DNA of 32,000 bases, from the NCBI GenBank assembly GCA_002421785.1, contig DIRZ01000002.1, forward strand, positions 300,001 through 332,000, given 5' to 3'. Source of the DNA: Candidatus Saccharimonadota bacterium. Its GTDB lineage: Bacteria; Patescibacteriota; Saccharimonadia; Saccharimonadales; Saccharimonadaceae. A model generated the notes under the pieces. It had not been told where the DNA came from. It was given only the letters and a program-made list of their open reading frames with translations, and did not search any database. A program made the position numbers and the translations under genes. Below, in pieces: positions 16,320 to 24,101 of this stretch (the first letter of the stretch is position 1; each line of letters starts with the position of its first letter).

Positions 16320-19300
16320 ATGTTGAGGCCTGTGAAGCGGCAAGCTGGGAATCGGATACGGTACAATACTAAGCGCGGAAGGCGCGTTATAGATCGAGTA
16401 TTTCATATGGTCGCAAACTTTTATAATGCAGTGGCTGCGCCATTACAAACGCGACACCAGCATCTTATGGTTAAGCACGCGTTTATGCGCACCCTCTGGT
16501 TCCGTACCATCTTGCACCTCTCGGTCATCCTGCTCATCATCTCACCACTCTATGCTGTGTTAGATTACGTCCTGAAAGACATCAGCTACCGCATATCCGA
16601 CAAAGAATCCGCCCTCGTCAGCGCCTCGACCGTGGATAGCGACTTCATTAAACAATCCGACACCGCCATTACCTACAACCGCGCGGACGAAGCAGCAGGA
16701 GACAAAGACCTCCAAACCGTCCTGACGCTCGCTGCCAACAAAGAAGACGCCACTGGCAAAAAACCCTACCAAGCCGAACTTTCCAAAAACGCCAAACAAG
16801 GCATTACCTTTAGTGACAGCGAAGGTGACCGCAGCGTCACCTTAACGCCTACCTTTACCGTAGGCGAAGCTCGCCTGCAGGACAACCGCGTGGTCTACCC
16901 GGCCAGCACCACCGAAAAGCACATCTACAGCTTTAAGAACAACGGCATCAAGAGTGACATCTTGCTCACCCAAGCGCCCGGCACTAACACCAAAACCTAC
17001 AGTTGGGACCTTGGTCTAGACAGTACTCTTGAAGCCCGTATGCTGCCTGACGGGGGAGTGGGTATCTACTCAGCTGACCCAACTCTCTACAGCAACCTCC
17101 AAATCTCTGACCAAAAGAGCCAAGAGCTCGTCGACAAAGCACGCACCAATGCCCAAAAGAACACCTTGGTCTTCGAGCTGCCACGTCCCTTCATTCTCGA
17201 CGCCAACAACAAACAGATTTACACTGGTGTGAGCTACGGCCTGACCAACGACAAAGCCGACGACAAAGGCAACAAAAACAACGCCACCACCCTCACTCTG
17301 ACAGCCGCCAACCTCAAACAGCAAGCCTATCCACTCAGCATCGACCCAACCATTACAGTCACCACCACCGCGGACTTCCGCCAAAACACCGGCGATACGG
17401 GCAATGTGGACTTCGGGACGGATGGGGAGATTAGGAGGGGAGCTGGTGGCTCGGGTGCACTTGCTACTGCTGTCCAGCAGAACGGCATATTTTCGCCGGC
17501 GCGGAGTGGCCACACTTCCGTCGCCTACAACGGCTACCTGTACATTATCGGAGGGACAAATGGTACGCGCCAGAATGACATCCAGTACTGCTCACTTGGA
17601 TCAGACGGTGCGGTCGGTAGCTGTACGCAACAAGCTAACGCTTTTACGACCGCCCGCGAGCTTCATACTTCCGTCGCCTACAACGGCTACCTGTACATCA
17701 TTGGAGGTGATGGTGGCTCAAATCTTAACGATGTGCAGTATTGCCCTTTAAACTCCGATGGCACTGTCGGTGCGTGCGCGTCGACAACTAGCTTCACAAC
17801 TGCCCGTTCTAGCCATACATCCGTCGCCTACAACGGCTATTTGTATGTGATCGGAGGAGTGCACGCCGCTTCTGATACTGCTTGTAATGGGGCTGCCTCT
17901 GTTTATTGCTCCGATGTTCAGTATGCTCCCTTTAATGCCGATGGCACGCTCGGTACCTGGACTGCCACCACTAGTTTTACTACCGCTCGCTCCGAGCATA
18001 CCTCCGTCGCCTATAATGGTTACTTCTATGTTATAGGTGGTAGAGACATCTCAGATATTACTAATATCCAGTATGCTCCCGTCAACGCCAACGGCACAAT
18101 CGGTACGTGGACTGCTACGACAAGTCTTGACAAGGTCAGAAGCGGGCATGCATCAACAATCGCTAATGGCTATCTGTACGTATCGGGCGGACACAATGGT
18201 CTTGGTCTTGAGGACACAGTGGTAGGTGCTCCGCTAAGGGCTAACGGTACTATCGGTGACTGGAATCTCGGCAATGTCTTCACTACTGGGCGAGGGTTTC
18301 ACGCCTCCGTTTCGCATAATGGATACATGTACATAATAGGTGGAACTGACGGAGGGGCTGACCAAAATGACATTCAGCGCCTCAAGGTCAACCCACTCGT
18401 AGTAGGCGGCTCGATCTCCCAAGGTACTATCCTTACTGCTCGCCAGGGGCACACGGCAGTTGCCTATAACGGTGCAATCTACATCGCTGGCGGTTGCTCA
18501 TCAGTCTTTATTACCTGTAACGGCTATCGTAGCGACATTCAGCGCTGTCCGCTCAACGCCGACGGCTCAGTGGGGACGTGCGTGAACCAGACGGCAACCA
18601 TAACCGGGGCTCGCGAAGGTCATGGCTCGATTATCTATAACGGCTACCTATATATCATCGCAGGTACTACTGGTACGAGGCAATCAGATATACAAAACTG
18701 CAATATTGCCGCAGACGGCACTATTGCTTCATGCAGTCAACAAACAAATCGCGTAGTGACGGCACGTGATGGGGTGGGTGAAGCGGTCGCAGTTAGTGAC
18801 GGGTACCTATATCTTACGGGTGGCAATACCGATTCGCTGCAAAATGACATTCAGCATTGCAAAATAAATACTGATGGAACAGTGGATGTTTGCACGCAGC
18901 AGACTGCTATGTTTACAACTGCCAGACGCGGTCACTCCACGGTGATATATAACAACTACATCTATATCATTGGTGGCCTGACTGGCTATTTGCGCGACGT
19001 TATCCGTTGCTCAATCAACCTGTCGACCCACGCCGTGAACAACGACTGTACTCAGCAAGCCAATATACTAAACCAGGGTCACGGTGATTTCAGCGCTTTT
19101 GTTCACAACGGGTACCTCTACTCTGTCGGTGGTACGTATTCCTCGGGCAACTACCTTAACACTGTCGAGTATTGCCCGTTCAATAGTGACGGCTCGATCG
19201 GTGCCTGTACCACCCAGACCGCCGTATTTACGACGGCTCGTCAGAACCAAGCGACCGTGCTCTGGAATGGCTTCATGTACATCATAGGAGGGTATGGCGG

Positions 19301-21059
19301 TAGTCACCTCGGCGATATACAGCGTATGCAAATAGGTCGCCCAAACGGTGTGGCGGGCGCAGCTACGCAGCAAACGAGCGCATTTGCCACGGCGCGTCAG
19401 GGACAAAGCTCGGTGGTCGCAGGTGGCTATTTGTATATCATCGGTGGTACGGATGGCACCCGGCGCAACGACATCCAATACTGTGCGATGGGTGCAGACG
19501 GGCTGGTGGGGGCATGCACCTTGCAATCAGGCGCGTTTACCACGCCTCGCGACGGGCATACGAGTGTGGTGTATGATGGCTATTTGTATATTATCGGGGG
19601 GCAGAGTGGGGCATCGGCATACGAAAATGATATCCAGCGCTGTCAGATACTGAGCAATGGTTCAGTCGACACCTGTACCCAGCAAACTGGCGCGTTTACA
19701 ACCGCGCGTACAGAACACAGTTCTGTCGTCTATGATGGCTATTTGTATATTATCGGGGGCACCAACGGTACTGCGCAGAACGACATTCAGTATTGCGCGA
19801 TTAACGCTGACCATACTGTAGGCACGTGCACGCAGCAAACGAGTGCTTTTGCGACGGCTCGCTACGCACATACCTCACAAGCGTATAACGGGTATCTGTA
19901 TATTACGGGTGGCTATCACGACACTAGTGACACGCTATGTAGCCCGACGACGAGTTCCAATTACTGCTCGGATATTCAATATTGTCAACTCAACACGAAC
20001 GGTACCGTCGGTGCGTGTCTTACGCTGTCAGGCGCGTTCGTTACTCCGCGCTCCGACCACTCAACTGTTTTTTACAATGGCTATCTGTACGTGATGGGCG
20101 GCACTAATGGGACGAAACTCGGTGATATCCAGTATTGCCCCGTGAGAGCCGACGGCGTCGTGGAGTCATGCGTGGTGCTTGGGAGCGGTTTTAGCCCGGC
20201 TCGTTCGGGGCATAGCTCGGTTGTGTATAGTGGACGTATCTACATTATTGGGGGTGAGCAGGCGACGGCCAACATTGCCTGTAATGCAAGTTCCTCGGTG
20301 TATTGTTCTGATATCCAACGAGTTTCGGTCGGCAATATAACAGACGATGCTCGTTATGAGCGCCTGATCAAGATAGGTGAGTCAGAAACTAAGTTGAGTT
20401 CATTTACGGTTAGCGGCGACGCTACTTGTCGGTATGTCGTAGTCTATAAAACTGCTGGCGATGATGGGGTGTTTGGGTCGGTGACAAGACTAGACAATGT
20501 TATACCTGGTGCCGCACAGTCGCTCGGTGATATTGTTAAAAAGTATATCCATATCACCGTTGAGTTGCAGGGTGCCTCCTGTGGTGGTAGTGCGAGCGTT
20601 ACGAGTATCGCTGTCGCGTACATTTCAGCCCCAACTGCGCCGACTCTCATCAGCCCAGCTGACGCGGCGCTGGACGTTAGTTTATCCCCCGAGTTCAGCT
20701 TGTCTACTACAGACGGAGATGGCGATACCATCAAATACAAAATCGACATCTGCAGCGTGAGCGACTGTGCATCTGTCGTGCGCAGTATCGATCAAACTGT
20801 TTCAGCAACGGGTTGGTCGGCAGCCAGCTATGCGAGTGGCGCAACGGCTACCTATACTCTTGTAGCACCCGCACTCAACGAAACAACGCAGTACTGGTGG
20901 CGAGCGGCTGCTATCGATGAAGCCGGCTCAAACACGTGGAGCGTTTACTCTCCTATATCTACATTTACAACGCTCAGATCCACCACGCCGACGGATATAT
21001 CCATATCGGGTGGCGGTGTGACTATCTATGGTGGGTCAGAGCTAACAACAGGGAACTAG
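16320..21059 (+). CDS. giant membrane-anchored Kelch-repeat (18-blade) surface protein with a C-terminal FN3-like domain
   Basis: The start is uncertain: GTG 16308, ATG 16320 or ATG 16407. The ORF-track start 16143 overlaps the divergent gene and is rejected. TM helix TILHLSVILLIISPLYAVL. 18 blades of the type ARSGHTSVAYNGYLYIIGG...DIQYC...DG.VG.C. The C-terminal module APTLISPADAALDVSLSPEFSL...IKYKIDIC...TQYWWRAAAIDEAGSNTWSVYSPISTFTT is FN3-like. Confidence 0.85.
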   Translation: MLRPVKRQAGNRIRYNTKRGRRVIDRVFHMVANFYNAVAAPLQTRHQHLMVKHAFMRTLWFRTILHLSVILLIISPLYAVLDYVLKDISYRISDKESALVSASTVDSDFIKQSDTAITYNRADEAAGDKDLQTVLTLAANKEDATGKKPYQAELSKNAKQGITFSDSEGDRSVTLTPTFTVGEARLQDNRVVYPASTTEKHIYSFKNNGIKSDILLTQAPGTNTKTYSWDLGLDSTLEARMLPDGGVGIYSADPTLYSNLQISDQKSQELVDKARTNAQKNTLVFELPRPFILDANNKQIYTGVSYGLTNDKADDKGNKNNATTLTLTAANLKQQAYPLSIDPTITVTTTADFRQNTGDTGNVDFGTDGEIRRGAGGSGALATAVQQNGIFSPARSGHTSVAYNGYLYIIGGTNGTRQNDIQYCSLGSDGAVGSCTQQANAFTTARELHTSVAYNGYLYIIGGDGGSNLNDVQYCPLNSDGTVGACASTTSFTTARSSHTSVAYNGYLYVIGGVHAASDTACNGAASVYCSDVQYAPFNADGTLGTWTATTSFTTARSEHTSVAYNGYFYVIGGRDISDITNIQYAPVNANGTIGTWTATTSLDKVRSGHASTIANGYLYVSGGHNGLGLEDTVVGAPLRANGTIGDWNLGNVFTTGRGFHASVSHNGYMYIIGGTDGGADQNDIQRLKVNPLVVGGSISQGTILTARQGHTAVAYNGAIYIAGGCSSVFITCNGYRSDIQRCPLNADGSVGTCVNQTATITGAREGHGSIIYNGYLYIIAGTTGTRQSDIQNCNIAADGTIASCSQQTNRVVTARDGVGEAVAVSDGYLYLTGGNTDSLQNDIQHCKINTDGTVDVCTQQTAMFTTARRGHSTVIYNNYIYIIGGLTGYLRDVIRCSINLSTHAVNNDCTQQANILNQGHGDFSAFVHNGYLYSVGGTYSSGNYLNTVEYCPFNSDGSIGACTTQTAVFTTARQNQATVLWNGFMYIIGGYGGSHLGDIQRMQIGRPNGVAGAATQQTSAFATARQGQSSVVAGGYLYIIGGTDGTRRNDIQYCAMGADGLVGACTLQSGAFTTPRDGHTSVVYDGYLYIIGGQSGASAYENDIQRCQILSNGSVDTCTQQTGAFTTARTEHSSVVYDGYLYIIGGTNGTAQNDIQYCAINADHTVGTCTQQTSAFATARYAHTSQAYNGYLYITGGYHDTSDTLCSPTTSSNYCSDIQYCQLNTNGTVGACLTLSGAFVTPRSDHSTVFYNGYLYVMGGTNGTKLGDIQYCPVRADGVVESCVVLGSGFSPARSGHSSVVYSGRIYIIGGEQATANIACNASSSVYCSDIQRVSVGNITDDARYERLIKIGESETKLSSFTVSGDATCRYVVVYKTAGDDGVFGSVTRLDNVIPGAAQSLGDIVKKYIHITVELQGASCGGSASVTSIAVAYISAPTAPTLISPADAALDVSLSPEFSLSTTDGDGDTIKYKIDICSVSDCASVVRSIDQTVSATGWSAASYASGATATYTLVAPALNETTQYWWRAAAIDEAGSNTWSVYSPISTFTTLRSTTPTDISISGGGVTIYGGSELTTGN
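17490..20340 (+). repeat. array of 18 Kelch-type blade repeats (48-62 codons each), partly identical at the DNA level
   Basis: Counted in translation; see finding. Perfect 32-nt direct repeat ACTTCCGTCGCCTACAACGGCTACCTGTACAT at 17514-17545 and 17667-17698. Perfect 29-nt repeat TATGATGGCTATTTGTATATTATCGGGGG at 19572-19600 and 19731-19759. Confidence 0.85.
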
Positions 21060-21064
21060 CGTGC

Positions 21065-21094
21065 TTGTCGCGGTTATCACGCTCGTGGTATGAT
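21065..21094 (+). promoter_or_regulatory. promoter candidate TTGTCG-N18-TATGAT with TGn extension
   Basis: -35 TTGTCG at 21065-21070. TGG at 21086-21088 plus TATGAT at 21089-21094, just after the Kelch gene stop. Confidence 0.45.
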
Positions 21095-21112
21095 TAACAG
21101 AGTTAATTAGTG

Positions 21113-21646
21113 ATGTATGGGGGTATGATGGAAGGAATTGGACGACCGGTGCAACATACTGCAAAACCAGTGCAAGCAGCACGCTTAGCACAGCATGATA
21201 CGGGCGAGCCTGTACGGGCCAGGAAGAAGCCTCGGACAAAGAAGCCGATGGTGTTTATCGGTATCATCGTAGCACTGTTGCTAGTGGTGGGCGGTTGGTT
21301 TGCGGTGCAGTACTACACCTACAGGGGTATCGATACTAGTCGTTACCAGGCCGTATACCTGGACAACGAGAATGTTTATTTTGGCAAAGTACAGTACATG
21401 CTGAACGGTGACGTGTTGCTTGATGATGTATTCCGTGTACAAGCAGGTGAGGCCACGGCAGCCGAGGGTGAGGGCGCGGCTACCGCAGCTGACATTCGCC
21501 TCATCAAACCAGGCAACGAACTCCATGCGCCAGATGACACGATGCGGATTACGCGATCTAAAGTTGTGTTCATCGAAAACCTCAAGACTGACGGCAAGGT
21601 AACGCAGGCCATCACTGATTACCTAAAAGACAAAAGTGTTAAGTAG
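21113..21646 (+). CDS. membrane-anchored hypothetical protein
   Basis: Basic N-terminal segment (RARKKPRTKKP), then TM MVFIGIIVALLLVVGGWFAV, then a ~115-aa outside domain. Several in-frame starts are possible (21110 GTG, 21113 ATG, 21248 ATG). Confidence 0.6.
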   Translation: MYGGMMEGIGRPVQHTAKPVQAARLAQHDTGEPVRARKKPRTKKPMVFIGIIVALLLVVGGWFAVQYYTYRGIDTSRYQAVYLDNENVYFGKVQYMLNGDVLLDDVFRVQAGEATAAEGEGAATAADIRLIKPGNELHAPDDTMRITRSKVVFIENLKTDGKVTQAITDYLKDKSVK

Positions 21647-21667
21647 CCAAAGGCTACTGTTGCACAT

Positions 21668-22543
21668 ATGCCAGAGCTACCAGAAGTTGAAACGATTCGC
21701 AGAGGGCTTAGCTCTCTGCTTATTGATAAAGTCATTGCTCGTGCGATAGTCCATGATTCGCCCAAGAGTTTTCCGAATGACATCGCGTCGATTGAACAAT
21801 TTTTGTATGCCGCTAAGGTTGTAGCCGTACGTCGCCGGGCAAAAGTGCTCATTATCGACCTGTCATCGCAGTACAGTCTGGTTGTACACTTAAAAATGAC
21901 GGGGCAGCTGGTGTACCGGGGCACTGAAGTGTTTGGCGGCGGTCACCCGACGGATAGTTTGATAGGGGAGCTGCCCGACCGCTCGACACGCGTGACGCTG
22001 ACCTTCAGCGATGGGTCGCATTTGTTCTTTAACGACCAGCGTAAGTTTGGATGGATGAAGCTCATGCCAACGATTGAGATACCGAACCTAGATTTTATGA
22101 AAAAAGTAGGGCCCGAGCCATTGGAAGATAGTTTTACCGCGCAGGAATTCATTCCACGCGTGCGCAGGCGGAACAATACTTCAATCAAAGCCGCGCTACT
22201 TGACCAGACAGTCTTTGCGGGGGTCGGGAACATTTATGCCGACGAAAGTCTGTGGGGTGCAGGCATCCACCCTGCACAAAAAGTACGGGAGGTAAGTGAC
22301 GAACAGTTAGCGTCACTCTTACACGAAGTAAAATACGTTATGAACCTCAGCATTGCAAAGGGCGGAAGCACCGATCGTAACTACGTGAATGCCGAGGGCA
22401 AGCGTGGCAGCTACATCGATTTTGCGCGCGTGTTCCGCCGCGAAGGGCTGAGCTGTCCTCGGCACCCTGATGTACTGGTAGAAAAACTGAAGGTTGCGGG
22501 CCGTGGGACGCATATCTGCCCCGTTTGTCAGGTGATACAATAA
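21668..22543 (+). CDS. mutM: formamidopyrimidine-DNA glycosylase (Fpg/MutM)
   Basis: Diagnostic N-terminus MPELPEVETIRRGL (catalytic Pro2, Glu3). H2TH region NIYADESLW. C-terminal zinc finger CPRHPD...GRGTHICPVCQ. Confidence 0.93.
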   Translation: MPELPEVETIRRGLSSLLIDKVIARAIVHDSPKSFPNDIASIEQFLYAAKVVAVRRRAKVLIIDLSSQYSLVVHLKMTGQLVYRGTEVFGGGHPTDSLIGELPDRSTRVTLTFSDGSHLFFNDQRKFGWMKLMPTIEIPNLDFMKKVGPEPLEDSFTAQEFIPRVRRRNNTSIKAALLDQTVFAGVGNIYADESLWGAGIHPAQKVREVSDEQLASLLHEVKYVMNLSIAKGGSTDRNYVNAEGKRGSYIDFARVFRREGLSCPRHPDVLVEKLKVAGRGTHICPVCQVIQ

Positions 22544-23478
22544 GACTAGTGTTACATCTAGTCACGGGAGAGAATACCTATCAGGCCGAACAGGAAGTTC
22601 GGTCAATTGCGCGTGCAAGCAAGGGTGAAGTACGGTGGGTGAGTGGCGACACGTTGACCCTAGACGGACTAGCAGATATCCTGATGGGTGTTTCGCTGTT
22701 TGCAAGCAGCGAAGTGACCGTCCTGACGCATGTAGGTGATACGCCGGCAATCTGGGAGAAACTGGGCGAGTGGGCGGAGCGCGTGGACCCAGGCAAAACA
22801 ATTATTGTCTGGGAACCAAAGCCCGACAAACGCACGCGTGCCTATAAGTCGCTAGCGGCCCATGCCCAGGTACACACTTGTCCGTCATGGACCGACAGGC
22901 AGGATGGGCTTGCTCGTGAATGGCTCGCCAAACGCGCCCGCGAGAGTGGAGTGAAACTATCGCCTGGTCAGGTGGCAAGCATGGTGAGCCGTGCGACTCG
23001 TCCGACCGATGCGCCGGGTATTTCGGTTATTGATCAGCGACAGCTCCATAATGCGCTGACAGCACTTTCGGTCGTCGATGATATTACCGACGATGCCATT
23101 ACAGCTACTATGCCGGCTCTTCCGGCGGAGAATATCTTTCATTTGCTGACCTACGCCGTGGAGCGTGATGTGGCTGCGGTGCAGCGCATGATTGCGGAAC
23201 TCCGCGCCACGGACGACGCGCACCGAACCTTTGCGCTGATTGCGGGGCAGTGGTTTCAGCTGATGTCGCTCGCGCTGGTGCCAGCGGGAAGTGCGGAAAG
23301 TCTGGGAATTAAACCATACGCGGCTCGTTCGCTTTCAGGCCTGGTGCGCCAGGTGAATCGTGCGCAGCTGCGCGACCTCACGCAACTATGCGCCGACATC
23401 GATGCTGGCATGAAGCTTTCGCAGTTTGAGCCCTGGGACGGCGTCGAGCGATTTTTACTTGGTATCGCGCTCCGTTAG
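22525..23478 (+). CDS. holA: DNA polymerase III delta subunit
   Basis: The N-terminal LHLVTGENTYQAEQEV pattern, the size (~310 aa) and the helical C-terminal half are typical of HolA. The TTG 22525 start overlaps mutM by 19 nt; GTG 22549 is the non-overlapping alternative. Confidence 0.75.
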   Translation: MSGDTIRLVLHLVTGENTYQAEQEVRSIARASKGEVRWVSGDTLTLDGLADILMGVSLFASSEVTVLTHVGDTPAIWEKLGEWAERVDPGKTIIVWEPKPDKRTRAYKSLAAHAQVHTCPSWTDRQDGLAREWLAKRARESGVKLSPGQVASMVSRATRPTDAPGISVIDQRQLHNALTALSVVDDITDDAITATMPALPAENIFHLLTYAVERDVAAVQRMIAELRATDDAHRTFALIAGQWFQLMSLALVPAGSAESLGIKPYAARSLSGLVRQVNRAQLRDLTQLCADIDAGMKLSQFEPWDGVERFLLGIALR

Positions 23479-23483
23479 TGCGC

Positions 23484-23512
23484 AAAACCCCACTTCCTAG
23501 GTGAAAGTGGGG
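23484..23512 (-). terminator. rho-independent terminator for rpsT, between convergent holA and rpsT
   Basis: 8-bp stem CCCCACTT (23488-23495) / AAGTGGGG (23505-23512) with a 9-nt loop. On the minus strand the stem is followed by TTTT (A-run 23484-23487). Confidence 0.6.
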
Positions 23513-23539
23513 CATAAGGTATGCGGTAGTCGCGGGGGA

Positions 23540-23944
23540 CTATTTCTTTGCAGCAGGCTTTTTGGCAGCAGGTGCTTTTTTCGCAACTGGCTTTTTAGCC
23601 GCAGCTGGTTTTTTGGCGGCAGCAGGCTTAGCGGCGACGGCTTTTTTAGCAGGAGCAGCTTTTGCAGGTGCTTTTGCTTTTGCGGCTTTCGCTTCGAAGG
23701 TAACGCCAGATGCTTTTGCAAGCTTTGCAAGACCGGCTTTGCGGCGGCTAGCAGTCGCTTTTTTTAGCAATCCTTTTTTAACAGCAGTATCGATTTCGCT
23801 TTGCGCAGCACTCAGGCCGGCAGCGCTTGGCTTAGTGGTGAACGCCTTTACCGCGCCTTTGATATCGCGTTTGATACCAACATTGCGCTCGCGGCGCTTT
23901 GCGGTCTGCTTCATTCGTTTGATAGCTGATTTGATGATTGGCAT
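23540..23944 (-). CDS. rpsT: 30S ribosomal protein S20 with a ~49-aa Lys/Ala/Pro-rich C-terminal extension
   Basis: N-terminus MPIIKSAIKRMKQTAKRRERNVGIKRDIKGAVKAF is canonical S20. The tail reads AKAAKAKAPAKAAPAKKAVAAKPAAAKKPAAAKKPVAKKAPAAKKPAAKK. SD AAGAAGGA lies upstream. Confidence 0.92.
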   Translation of the reverse strand: MPIIKSAIKRMKQTAKRRERNVGIKRDIKGAVKAFTTKPSAAGLSAAQSEIDTAVKKGLLKKATASRRKAGLAKLAKASGVTFEAKAAKAKAPAKAAPAKKAVAAKPAAAKKPAAAKKPVAKKAPAAKKPAAKK

Positions 23945-23990
23945 ATATGTCCTTCTTTGGTTACTAGCTTGCTATTTCAATCAACGGTTG

Positions 23991-24019
23991 ATTATAGACG
24001 AAATACCTCTGTTTGTAAA
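23991..24019 (-). promoter_or_regulatory. sigma70-type promoter TTTACA-N17-TATAAT for rpsT
   Basis: On the minus strand: -35 TTTACA (plus coordinates 24014-24019), 17-nt spacer, -10 TATAAT (23991-23996). Confidence 0.65.
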
Positions 24020-24033
24020 GTGGTCGTGAATTG

Positions 24034-24063
24034 TTGACGGAGGGAAACCACTTATGGTATAGT
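24034..24063 (+). promoter_or_regulatory. promoter TTGACG-N18-TATAGT with TGn extension for the DHH-like gene
   Basis: -35 TTGACG at 24034-24039; TGG plus TATAGT at 24055-24063. It is divergent from the rpsT promoter. Confidence 0.6.
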
Positions 24064-24101
24064 GAGGCCAAACTCTGATAAAAGAAAAACAGGATAAACG
24101 A

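Noticed and set aside
17070-19526. Antisense ORFs inside the Kelch gene (17070-17513 minus, 19068-19526 minus and others)
   Set aside because: These are shadow frames of a strongly supported sense ORF. No promoters or SDs are present, and the products are compositionally implausible.
17514-19759. Regularly spaced identical 29-32-nt direct repeats that could be mistaken for a CRISPR array
   Set aside because: They are in frame inside one long ORF and encode the conserved YNGYLYIIGG strand of successive Kelch blades. The sequences between them are also homologous to each other, and no cas genes or leader are present.
10206-21059. Diversity-generating retroelement targeting the giant surface proteins
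   Set aside because: No reverse transcriptase ORF and no template/variable repeat pair with adenine-specific mismatches is visible. The internal repeats are in-frame domain duplications.
23562-24029. 155-codon plus-strand ORF opposite rpsT
   Set aside because: It mirrors the Lys/Ala repeat codons of the S20 tail, giving an A/F/L-rich product, whereas the minus strand encodes an unmistakable S20 with promoter, SD and terminator.
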